Below, piece after piece: positions 48,988-57,556 of a stretch of 64,000 nucleotides of DNA; position 1 is the first letter of the stretch, and every line of letters begins with the position of its first letter. Under the pieces are notes generated by a model, which was not told the DNA's origin, did no database searches, and saw nothing but the letters and a program-made list of their open reading frames with translations. The position numbers and the translations under genes were made by a program. The DNA is taken from the NCBI GenBank assembly GCA_964565225.1, contig CAZMEL010000001.1:1424-65423 (forward strand), given 5' to 3'. Source of the DNA: an uncultured Thermoanaerobaculia bacterium. Its GTDB lineage: Bacteria; Acidobacteriota; Thermoanaerobaculia; Multivoradales; J023.

Positions 48988-50467
48988 GCTCGCCACCCGC
49001 CGCAGTCGTCTGACAGCGGCTCAGCGTGCGTTGCTCGCAAAGCGACTGCGGGGTCAGGAGAGCAAGGCGGCAGGACAATCGCCCGCCGCCTTGCCCACCC
49101 TCGAGCCCGATTCCGCGGCCGCTCTGGAGCCATTCCCGCTGCTGGACGCCCAAGCCCTTCTGTGGCGCGGACGCAACGGCGAGCGAGAGCTGGGCGGCGT
49201 GTCACCCCACGTGTACCTGGAGGCGGAGCGGTCGGAGCTGGATCTGGCGCGTTTCGAAAGCACGTTCCAAGCCCTGGTTCGGCGCCACCCCATGTTGCGG
49301 GCCGTGGTCCGCGACGGTCGCCAGGTGGTGCTGGGCGAGGTGCCGGACTACACGGTGAAAGTGTTCGACTTGCGTGAGGAAACGCCGGTGGAGCAGGAAC
49401 GCCGTCTGTCCGTGATCCGCGAGCGCATGTCCCACAGCGAACGATGTCCGGACTCGTGGCCGCTCTTCGAGGTGCGGGTCACACGTTTGGCCGCCGACCG
49501 CTTCCGTATCCATGCGGATTTCGACCTTCTGCCCATGGATCTGCCGAGCCTGGAGTTCCTCTGCCTGGAATGGCGCAAGCTCTACGAAGGGCAGGGTCTT
49601 CCCGATGTGCCATTCGCTTTCCGCGACTATGCGATCACCTGCGAACGCTTCAAATCGGCGGAGCTCTATCGCCGGTCCCTGAAGCATTGGCAGGAGCGCT
49701 TGCCGCAGCTACCGCCGGCCCCGGATCTTCCCTTGGCGCGGGATCCCCGGAGCATCACCCGGCCGCGCTTCGTTCGTTGGGCCGCAGAAATGCCGGCGGC
49801 GGAGTGGGGGCGGATCAAGGAGTGTGCCGCGGCCGAGGGTTTGACTCCGTCCGTGGTGCTCATGGCCGCGTTCGGCGATGTCTTGGCCGTGGCGGGAGCG
49901 GGTCGCCGCTTCACCCTCGGTTCCACCCTCTTCAATCGTTTGCCGGTGCATCCGCGGGTGATGGAGGTTCTGGGGCAGTACACATCCACCAGCTTGACCG
50001 AGGTGGACGTGGATGCGCATGGCACCTTCCTCGACCGTTGTCGACACCTCCAAGAGCAGCTCTGGAAGGATCTGGAGCACGGCTATGTGGATGCCTCCGC
50101 CCTGCTTGCCGAGCAACGACGGAAGGCCGGCGAGGACAGACCGGTGACGCCGGTGATTTTCACCAGCGCCCTGGCTCACTTCGAGGAAGCCGGAGACGTG
50201 CCTCCCACCCGCTGGCTCGGCGAGCCTTGTCACGCCGTGGCAGAGCGGGCCGAAACCTGGATGGAGCATTTGGTGCTGGAGAACGCCGGCACCCTGGAGT
50301 ATTCCTGGGACGTGGTGGAAGGGCTTTTCCCGGACCACCTGATCTCGAATCTCTTCGACCTTTACGGGCAGGCACTGGAGCGTCTCGCCGAGTCCGCCGA
50401 GGTGTGGACCCGGCGGGCGGACCCCATGGATCTGTGGCCTTCGGCCACGGTGCTCGCCTCTTGCTGA
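48980..50467 (+). CDS. Free-standing heterocyclization (Cy) domain protein, 495 aa, with no A or PCP domain.
   Basis: A GTG start overlaps the end of the preceding gene by 8 nt. Cy hallmarks PFPLLDAQALLWRGR and HADFDLLPMDLPS (DxxxxDxxS) near 49520. The length equals one C/Cy domain. Confidence 0.85.
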   Translation: MSELATRRSRLTAAQRALLAKRLRGQESKAAGQSPAALPTLEPDSAAALEPFPLLDAQALLWRGRNGERELGGVSPHVYLEAERSELDLARFESTFQALVRRHPMLRAVVRDGRQVVLGEVPDYTVKVFDLREETPVEQERRLSVIRERMSHSERCPDSWPLFEVRVTRLAADRFRIHADFDLLPMDLPSLEFLCLEWRKLYEGQGLPDVPFAFRDYAITCERFKSAELYRRSLKHWQERLPQLPPAPDLPLARDPRSITRPRFVRWAAEMPAAEWGRIKECAAAEGLTPSVVLMAAFGDVLAVAGAGRRFTLGSTLFNRLPVHPRVMEVLGQYTSTSLTEVDVDAHGTFLDRCRHLQEQLWKDLEHGYVDASALLAEQRRKAGEDRPVTPVIFTSALAHFEEAGDVPPTRWLGEPCHAVAERAETWMEHLVLENAGTLEYSWDVVEGLFPDHLISNLFDLYGQALERLAESAEVWTRRADPMDLWPSATVLASC

Positions 50468-50553
50468 GGTGGATGCATTCTTGAAGACGAACGGATTGCA
50501 TAGAACCTTTCGATACCGACCGATAGACAACGACCTACTACACGGAGAGTCCC

Positions 50554-53500
50554 ATGTCAGCCGTGATCACAGAAGAATTGAAAGATAGAAAACAAAAGTT
50601 GAGCTCCGCTCAGCTGGCCTTGTTGCAAAAGCGCCTACGGGGTGAGATGGAGCAGGTCAAGCCCATCGAGCCGGACGTCGAAAATCTTTTCGAGCCGTTC
50701 CCCATGACCGAGATGTGTGAGGCCCAATGGATGGGTCGCAACGAAGCCTACGAGCTGGGTGGGGTTTCGGCCCACGCCTACGCCGAGATGTTCGACGGCC
50801 CCATGGATATCGAGGCCTTCGAGCGCGCCTGGAACACCCTGGTGGACCACTACGAGATGTTTCGCGCCATCGTGGGTAAGGACGGTCAATACCGCATCCT
50901 GCCCCGCGACGAGGTGGAACCCTACAAGGTGGAGGTGGTGGACCTGCGCCAGAAGTCCCAAGAGGAGAAGGACGCCTACCTGGCCGAGGTGCGGGACGAG
51001 TGGCGCCGGGAGATCATGCCCGGCGACGAGTGGCCCCTGTTCAAGTTCCGCGCCTCGATCATCGAGGACGACCACATCCGCCTGCACGCCAGTCTGGATC
51101 TCTTGATCACCGACATCGGCAGCTTGCAGCGCATCGGTCGCCAGCTCACCAAGCTCTACGAAGATCCGAGCTACGACCTGGGCGAGCCCACGGAGCTGTC
51201 GTTCCGCGACTACAACATGGCGGTCACCGCCTTCCGCAAGCATCCGCTCTACGAGAAGTCGGAGCAGTATTGGCTGTCCCGCCTGGACACCCTACCGCCG
51301 GCCCCGGACATGCCCGTGGCGCGGGATCCCGAGAAGGTGGAGTACCCCTATTTCACCCACGACCGGCGGATCATCCCCGCAGATATCTGGCAGAAATTCC
51401 AGGAGCGGTCGCGCAAGTTTGGCCTGACGCCGGACGTCACCATGAACGCGGTCTATGCCGACATCGTGGCCACCTGGGCCAAGCGCCAGACCTTTACCCT
51501 GAATGTGCTGTCGTTCAAGCGCCTGCCCATCCATCGGGACGTCAACAAGTTGGCGGGCAACTTCGGCTCCACCATTCTCCTGGAGGTGAGCGATTGGGGT
51601 GGCCGCCCGTTCGTGGACCGGGCCAAGGGCCTGCACTCGCAATTGCTCAAGGACCTGGACCATTGGTTCTACTCCGGCGTCACCATGTTGCGTGAGCTGA
51701 ACCGCCACAAGGGCGGCGCCCGCGGCGCGTCCATGCCCGTGGTCTTCGCCTCCACCCTAAACTACTCGGTGGAGGGCACCCTGCTCGACTCCGAGAACTT
51801 CTGGGACAAGTACATGACCCAGCTCTACCTGCAAACGCCGCAGGTGTGGCTGGACCATCAGATCGCCGAGGACGACGGCGAGCTGCACCTGGAGTGGGAT
51901 CGAGTGGAAGAGCTCTTCCCCGAGGGCATGACCGCAGACATGCTCGACGCCTACGAAAATCTGGTCACCTACCTGGCGGAGAGCGATGATCCGTGGGTGG
52001 CTTCGAGTCGCCGTCACGTTCTGCCCGAGGCCCATCGGGCGGCCCACAGCGAGCTCAACTCGACCGATGGGGCGGTGTCCGACGAGCTGTTGCACACCCT
52101 TTTCGCCCGTCAAGCCGAGGAGCGGCCGGACCAAAAGGCCGTGGTCACCGATTCGCGCATCCTGAGCTACGCCGAGGTGGACGAGATGTCCAATCAGGTG
52201 GCCCATTGGCTCGTGGACCAAGGCGTGAAGCCCAATCGTTTCGTGGCCCTGGCCATGAAGAAGGGTTGGGAGCAGGTGGTGGCCGCCCTGGCGGTGCACA
52301 AGGCCGGGGCCGCTTACCTGCCGGTGGATCCGGACACGCCGACGGAGCGTTTGGCCTACTTGCTGGAGAACGCCGGTGCGACCCTGGTTCTCACCCAAGA
52401 GGACTTGGCGAGCGAGATCACCTGGCCCGAGGGTGTGGAGCATCTGGCCATGGACGGTGATCTGTCGTCCCTCTCCACAGATGCCCTCGACACCGTGCAG
52501 GGCCCGGACGACATCGCCTACATGATCTACACCTCGGGCTCCACCGGTCGTCCCAAGGGCGTGGTGATCGATCACCGCGGCGCGGTGAACACGATCCTCG
52601 ATATCAACGAGCGTTTCGGCATCGGTGCCGAGGACGCGGTGCTCGGCATCTCGGCCATGAGCTTCGACCTTTCGGTCTACGACCTCTTCGGCACCCTGGC
52701 CGCTGGCGCCACCCTGGTGCTGCCCAAGGAGCTGAAGACGCCGGATCCGGCCTACTGGGCGGAGCTGGTACAGCGCGAGAACGTCACCGTTTGGAACTCC
52801 GTGCCGGCCCTGATGGAGCTGGTGACCGAATATGTGGAGAGCCATTCCAAAGCGGCCGACACTCTCGGCTCCCTGCGTCTGGCCCTGCTGTCGGGCGATT
52901 GGATCCCGGTCTCTCTGCCCGATCGTCTGCGCGCCGTGGCCGAGAACGTAAAGGTGGTGAGCTTGGGCGGTGCCACCGAGGCGTCCATCTGGTCGATCCT
53001 GCACGAGGTCGACGCGGTGGATCCGGAGTGGTCGAGCATCCCCTACGGGCGTCCGATGAAGAACCAGCGCTTCTACGTGCTCGACGATTACCTCGATCCC
53101 AAGCCCTTCTGGGTGCCCGGCGACCTCTACATCGGCGGCATCGGGGTGGCGCGGGAGTACTGGGGCGACGAGGAGAAGACCCGGGCGTCGTTCATCATTC
53201 ACCCGGAATCCGGCGATCGCCTCTACAAGACCGGCGATCTGGGATTTCTGCATCCGGACGGGTACATCGTCTTCCTCGGTCGTGAGGATCTGCAGGTGAA
53301 GGTGCGGGGTTTCCGTATCGAGCTGGGGGAAATCGAGGCCCAGATCGCGAGCCATCCGGCGGTGGAATCCGCCGTGGTGGTTGCCATGGGTGCCGACAGT
53401 GAGACCCGCCGCCTGGTGGCCTACGTGGTGGCCGTAGAAGGGGAGTCCGTCGATGCCGAGACCATCACGGCCTACGCCGCCGAGCGGCTGCCCGAGTACA

Positions 53501-53940
53501 TGTTGCCGGCCAATGTGCAGGTGATCGAGACCCTGCCCCTCACCCCCAACGGCAAGGTGGACCGGCGGTTCCTCGCCGATCCCCAATCCCTGGAGCAGTG
53601 GCAGAAGAGCAAGGTCTACGTGGCTCCGCGCACCGAGACCGAAACCGAGGTGGCGGCCATCTGGGCGTCCATGCTCGACCTGGAGCGAGTGGGTGTCGAA
53701 GACAACTTCTTCGAGCTCGGCGGCACCTCTCTGTTGGTGAACCAGATGGCGGCGCGAATCTACGACGCTTTCGGCATCGAGCTGTCCATGGGCATCGTTT
53801 TCGAGAGCCCCACGGTGACCGCCATGGCCGAGGCCATCGACGCCGCCCTGGAGAACCCGGACCTGCAGCAGGCGGACGACTCCATGGCTGTGGAGGATCT
53901 GGAGGCGGAAGCCGCCCTCGATCCCAGCCTCGGCGTCTAG
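50554..53940 (+). CDS. NRPS module Cy-A-PCP, Cys-type A domain, 1128 aa.
   Basis: Cy FPMTEMCEAQWMGR and HASLDLLITDIGS near 51100. A domain FDLSVYDLFGTLAAG, TVWNSVPALMEL, LLSGDWIPVSLP, GGATEASIWSILH. PCP FFELGGTSLLVNQM. Long nearly identical nucleotide stretches are shared with gene 45628..48987. Confidence 0.95.
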   Translation: MSAVITEELKDRKQKLSSAQLALLQKRLRGEMEQVKPIEPDVENLFEPFPMTEMCEAQWMGRNEAYELGGVSAHAYAEMFDGPMDIEAFERAWNTLVDHYEMFRAIVGKDGQYRILPRDEVEPYKVEVVDLRQKSQEEKDAYLAEVRDEWRREIMPGDEWPLFKFRASIIEDDHIRLHASLDLLITDIGSLQRIGRQLTKLYEDPSYDLGEPTELSFRDYNMAVTAFRKHPLYEKSEQYWLSRLDTLPPAPDMPVARDPEKVEYPYFTHDRRIIPADIWQKFQERSRKFGLTPDVTMNAVYADIVATWAKRQTFTLNVLSFKRLPIHRDVNKLAGNFGSTILLEVSDWGGRPFVDRAKGLHSQLLKDLDHWFYSGVTMLRELNRHKGGARGASMPVVFASTLNYSVEGTLLDSENFWDKYMTQLYLQTPQVWLDHQIAEDDGELHLEWDRVEELFPEGMTADMLDAYENLVTYLAESDDPWVASSRRHVLPEAHRAAHSELNSTDGAVSDELLHTLFARQAEERPDQKAVVTDSRILSYAEVDEMSNQVAHWLVDQGVKPNRFVALAMKKGWEQVVAALAVHKAGAAYLPVDPDTPTERLAYLLENAGATLVLTQEDLASEITWPEGVEHLAMDGDLSSLSTDALDTVQGPDDIAYMIYTSGSTGRPKGVVIDHRGAVNTILDINERFGIGAEDAVLGISAMSFDLSVYDLFGTLAAGATLVLPKELKTPDPAYWAELVQRENVTVWNSVPALMELVTEYVESHSKAADTLGSLRLALLSGDWIPVSLPDRLRAVAENVKVVSLGGATEASIWSILHEVDAVDPEWSSIPYGRPMKNQRFYVLDDYLDPKPFWVPGDLYIGGIGVAREYWGDEEKTRASFIIHPESGDRLYKTGDLGFLHPDGYIVFLGREDLQVKVRGFRIELGEIEAQIASHPAVESAVVVAMGADSETRRLVAYVVAVEGESVDAETITAYAAERLPEYMLPANVQVIETLPLTPNGKVDRRFLADPQSLEQWQKSKVYVAPRTETETEVAAIWASMLDLERVGVEDNFFELGGTSLLVNQMAARIYDAFGIELSMGIVFESPTVTAMAEAIDAALENPDLQQADDSMAVEDLEAEAALDPSLGV

Positions 53941-54051
53941 AACGTCGCCACCCACATGAGCCCGGGGGCGCCTTCTAGCGGCTCCGGGCTCCTTTCCCCG
54001 TTCGTCCCCCGGGACGCTCTTGGGGAAGCCTCGTCCCAAGGAGACGAAAAC

Positions 54052-55239
54052 ATGGCCGAAAAGCCCGATTTCAAAAGCTTCGAGCTGAATCCGAATCCCC
54101 GAGCCGTGCTGCTCACCGGTGCCACCGGTTTCCTCGGCGCCTTCCTGCTCCGGCAGCTCTTGGACCTCACCGAGGCCAAGGTGTATTGCCTGGTGCGGGC
54201 CGCCACTTTCTGGGAAGCGGAAGAGCGGTTGATCCGCAATCTCAAGCACTTCAAGTGCTGGGACGAAAAAGACGCTCCGCGCATCCAGCCGGTGGTGGGG
54301 GATCTGTCCAGGCCCCTGCTCAACTTGTCGGAGCGGGATTTCAAGCGCCTGGCCGCCAAGGTGGACGCCCTCTACCACAACGGCGCCTTCGTCAATTTCA
54401 TTCACCCCTATGCGCGCCTCCGGGCGGCCAACGTCCAGGGTACCCAAGAGATGGTGCGCCTGGCGGTGACCGAGAAGGTGAAGCCTCTGCATTACACCTC
54501 CACCTTGCGCATTTTCGGCAACTGGGCCGGCGAGGGCGGCGTGGTGCGCGAGACCGACCGAGCCCAGCAGAGCCAGGTGATTTCCAGCGGCTATTCCCAG
54601 AGCAAGTGGGTGGCCGAGCGCATGGTGCACAATGCCGGCGAGGGAGGTGTGCCCTTCACCGTCTTTCGTCCGGGCATGGTCACCGGCGACACGGTGAACG
54701 GCATGGCCAACTTCGACGACATCGTGGGCCGCATGATCAAAGGCTGCATCCAGATGGGGCAGGCTCCCGAGAAGGACATGCTGCTGGACTTCACGCCTGC
54801 GGACTGGGCGACTCGGGCCATGGTCAAGCTGACTCTGGACCCGAGGGCCCTGGGAGGCACGTACCACCTGGTGACGCCCCATCCGATCTCGTGGAACGAG
54901 GTCGTGGAACACGTGCGGGCTCTGGGCTATTCCCTGGAGCGGGTGGCCTACGGCCCGTGGCTCGAAGATCTCAAGAAGGCGGCCCAGACCGGCACGCCCG
55001 AGAGCAACGCCTTGATTCCCCTGCTGTCGTATTTCGCCGAGGAGATGCCCGACGAGGTGGCCAACCGGCGCTTCGACTGCAGCGCCTTGCTCGGTCTTCT
55101 GGACGGTGAGGATGCGGAATGCCCGCGGGTGGATCTGCCGCTTCTCAAGACCTATTTCCAGGCCTACATCACCGAGGGCTTCCTCGAGCCGCCGCCGGTG
55201 GGCGAGCTGGCTCGCCGCTCCTTGGTGGGTGTGGCCTGA
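54052..55239 (+). CDS. Free-standing NRPS-type thioester reductase (R domain, SDR fold), about 395 aa.
   Basis: ATG 54052 is preceded by AAGGAGA; the track start at 53956 is an extension. NAD(P) fold LLTGATGFLGAFLL, catalytic YSQSK, and the long C-terminal substrate lobe typical of terminal R domains. Confidence 0.85.
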   Translation: MAEKPDFKSFELNPNPRAVLLTGATGFLGAFLLRQLLDLTEAKVYCLVRAATFWEAEERLIRNLKHFKCWDEKDAPRIQPVVGDLSRPLLNLSERDFKRLAAKVDALYHNGAFVNFIHPYARLRAANVQGTQEMVRLAVTEKVKPLHYTSTLRIFGNWAGEGGVVRETDRAQQSQVISSGYSQSKWVAERMVHNAGEGGVPFTVFRPGMVTGDTVNGMANFDDIVGRMIKGCIQMGQAPEKDMLLDFTPADWATRAMVKLTLDPRALGGTYHLVTPHPISWNEVVEHVRALGYSLERVAYGPWLEDLKKAAQTGTPESNALIPLLSYFAEEMPDEVANRRFDCSALLGLLDGEDAECPRVDLPLLKTYFQAYITEGFLEPPPVGELARRSLVGVA

Positions 55240-55250
55240 GGGGGAATGTG

Positions 55251-56051
55251 ATGAACGCCACGGCCACGGCGAGACGACCCGCGATGGGCTCTTGCTTCAC
55301 CTGTGTGACTTCCAATCCACTGGCATTCCTGAGGGTTTTCTGTCTGCCCTTTGCCGGTGGATCGGCCACGGTTTTCCGCGAATGGCACCGCAAGCTCACA
55401 CCGGCCGTAGAGGTGGTGCCCGTGGAGATTCCGGGTCGCGGAACCCGCTTCAAAGAGCCGCCGATCTCGGACCTCGTGGAGCTGGTGAGTCTCCTGGCGG
55501 ATCAGATCGAAGACCATGTGGACTCCCTACCCTATGTGTTTTTCGGCTACAGCATGGGTGGGCACATCGCCTACGAGCTGACCCGGGAGCTGCGTCGGCG
55601 GGGCCGGTCCCTGCCGGTGCATCTCTTCGTGGCCGCGGCCATCGCGCCGCGGGGTCGCAAGCCCGAGCCGCCCTTGCATTCCATGAGCGACGAGGAGCTG
55701 ATCGCCGAGCTCGAGGCCTTCGACGGAACACCGCCCGGGGTGCTCGACAACCCCAACATCATGGGCACGCTGATGCCCGGAATCCGAGCCGATTTTGCCC
55801 TCAGCGAAACCTATTCCTACGTGTCGGAAGCACTCCTGGAGATGCCCTTGACCGTTTACGGCGGTGAGAGAGATCACGCGGTGCTGCGTTCGGATCTGGA
55901 GCTGTGGGAGAGAGAGACCCGCGGTCCGTTCCAGCTGGAGATGCTACCCGGAGGCCATTTCTTCCTCTTCGACTGTGAGAAGGAGCTGTTGCGCAAGCTG
56001 TCGGCAGCCTTTCACGGGGTGGCCAAGCGGGTGGCCCTCACCGGTGGGTGA
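55251..56051 (+). CDS. Type II (editing) thioesterase, alpha/beta hydrolase, 266 aa.
   Basis: Start taken at ATG 55251; the track start at 55119 overlaps the R gene. FCLPFAGGSA oxyanion region, GYSMGG nucleophile elbow, and a C-terminal GGHFF block with the catalytic His. Confidence 0.85.
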   Translation: MNATATARRPAMGSCFTCVTSNPLAFLRVFCLPFAGGSATVFREWHRKLTPAVEVVPVEIPGRGTRFKEPPISDLVELVSLLADQIEDHVDSLPYVFFGYSMGGHIAYELTRELRRRGRSLPVHLFVAAAIAPRGRKPEPPLHSMSDEELIAELEAFDGTPPGVLDNPNIMGTLMPGIRADFALSETYSYVSEALLEMPLTVYGGERDHAVLRSDLELWERETRGPFQLEMLPGGHFFLFDCEKELLRKLSAAFHGVAKRVALTGG

Positions 56052-56186
56052 GCGGGACAGGTCGGGCGGAGGCAGGCCCCGCCCCTACTAGAGATTCGGA
56101 GCGGGCAACTACGAGCCCCGCCCCCTGACAAGGATTCAGTAGTCGAGAGAAAAGTGAAAGACCTAGTGAAATGAAAGGTTGTTGAT

Positions 56187-57401
56187 ATGTCGAGCTTGCT
56201 TGTCGCTGCGGCGAAAGCCCGCCGTGCTCAAAAACGTCCGGCGGCACCGCCCCTGACGATGCTGTTGGACGAAGAGCAGGATTTTCAGAAAGAAATCCGT
56301 CGCTTTGCCGAAAAAGAGATCAAGCCTCAGGTGTCCGACATGGACACCGCCGCGGAAATGCCTCGTGGTCTGATCGACCAGCTCTTCGAGCTCGGCGTGT
56401 TGGGATCCGAGGTGCCGGACGCTCTCGGCGGTGCCGGCGCCTCCTTCTTCTCCGGCATCCTGGCGATCGAAGAGCTGGCCAAGGTGGATCCGGCAGTAGC
56501 GGTCTTGGTCCACGTGCACAATGTCCTGGTTACCAAGACCCTGCTCAAATGGGGCTCGGACGACCTGAAGGCCCGTTACCTGCCCTTGCTCACCGACGGC
56601 ACGGTGGCCGCCTACAGCCTGTCGGAAGCGGAATCGGGCAGTGATGCCTTCGCCATGAAATCCACGGCCGTGCGACGCGGTGACTATTTCGTCCTCGACG
56701 GGCGCAAGCTGTGGTGCACCAGCGCCGCCGAAGCCGGTCTCTTCCTGATCTTCGTCAACGCCGCGCCGGAGAAGGGGGTTCGGGGCATCACGGGTTTCCT
56801 GGTGGAGCGAGACACTGAGGGCCTACAGATCGGCCGGCGGGAGGACAAGATGGGCATCCGCGCCAGCTCTACCTGCGAGCTGGTGCTCGACGGCGTCAAG
56901 GTGCCAGCGAAGCAAATGCTCGGCACCCTGGGTAGCGGTCAGGATGTGATCACCGACGGACTGGTGAAAGGCCGAATCGGCATCGCGGCCCAGATGGTCG
57001 GTCTGGCGCAGGGGGCCCTGGACGCCGCCGTTGCCTATGCTCATGAACGGCGCCAGTTCGGCCAACGGATCTCGTCCTTCCAGGGCGTCCACTTCCCTTT
57101 GTCCGAGATCGCCACCGAGATCGAGGCGGCGCGTCTCCTGGTATACAACGCCGCCCGTCTGTTGGAGACCGGGGCGCCCCATTTCAAGCTCTCGACCCCT
57201 ACGTCTATGGCCAAGCTCTTCGCCTCCAGAGTGGCGGAGCGGGCAGCGTCTCAAGCGGTAGAAACCCTGGGAGGCAATGGATTCAGCAAGGAATATCCGG
57301 TGGAGAAATTCTACCGCGACGCCAAGATCGGTCAGATCTACGAAGGCACGTCCAATATTCAGTTGCGCACCATCGCCACCGGTCTCTTCCAACGACTGTG
57401 A
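56187..57401 (+). CDS. Acyl-CoA dehydrogenase (short/branched-chain type), 404 aa.
   Basis: Typical ACAD blocks YSLSEAESGSDAFAMKSTA, the GIRASSTCEL region, and C-terminal YEGTSNIQLRTIA with the catalytic Glu context. A possible internal start lies at MLLDEEQDF. Confidence 0.9.
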   Translation: MSSLLVAAAKARRAQKRPAAPPLTMLLDEEQDFQKEIRRFAEKEIKPQVSDMDTAAEMPRGLIDQLFELGVLGSEVPDALGGAGASFFSGILAIEELAKVDPAVAVLVHVHNVLVTKTLLKWGSDDLKARYLPLLTDGTVAAYSLSEAESGSDAFAMKSTAVRRGDYFVLDGRKLWCTSAAEAGLFLIFVNAAPEKGVRGITGFLVERDTEGLQIGRREDKMGIRASSTCELVLDGVKVPAKQMLGTLGSGQDVITDGLVKGRIGIAAQMVGLAQGALDAAVAYAHERRQFGQRISSFQGVHFPLSEIATEIEAARLLVYNAARLLETGAPHFKLSTPTSMAKLFASRVAERAASQAVETLGGNGFSKEYPVEKFYRDAKIGQIYEGTSNIQLRTIATGLFQRL

Positions 57402-57520
57402 GCCCTGTTTTCTATGGAACCCGATTTCGTGAGTCGATCCCCTCATGCTTGCGGTTCTCCTTTCGATTCTTTTTTGGATCCCGGAGCTTGAGCCTAGTGC
57501 TAGACCCGAAACCAATGAGT

Positions 57521-57536
57521 GGGGGCTCGAGCCCCC
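57521..57536. repeat. Perfect 16-bp GC palindrome GGGGGCTCGAGCCCCC in the ACAD / FG-GAP intergenic region. Hairpin-forming; a possible factor-dependent terminator or recognition site.
   Basis: Seen in the sequence; there is no downstream T-tract. Confidence 0.3.
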
Positions 57537-57556
57537 CACCCCTAGAAGGAGAAGAA

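Noticed and set aside
53956-55250. Track starts 53956 (R gene) and 55119 (TE gene)
   Set aside because: Both extensions overlap the preceding gene in another frame. Internal ATGs at 54052 and 55251 have RBS-like sequences and coincide with domain starts.
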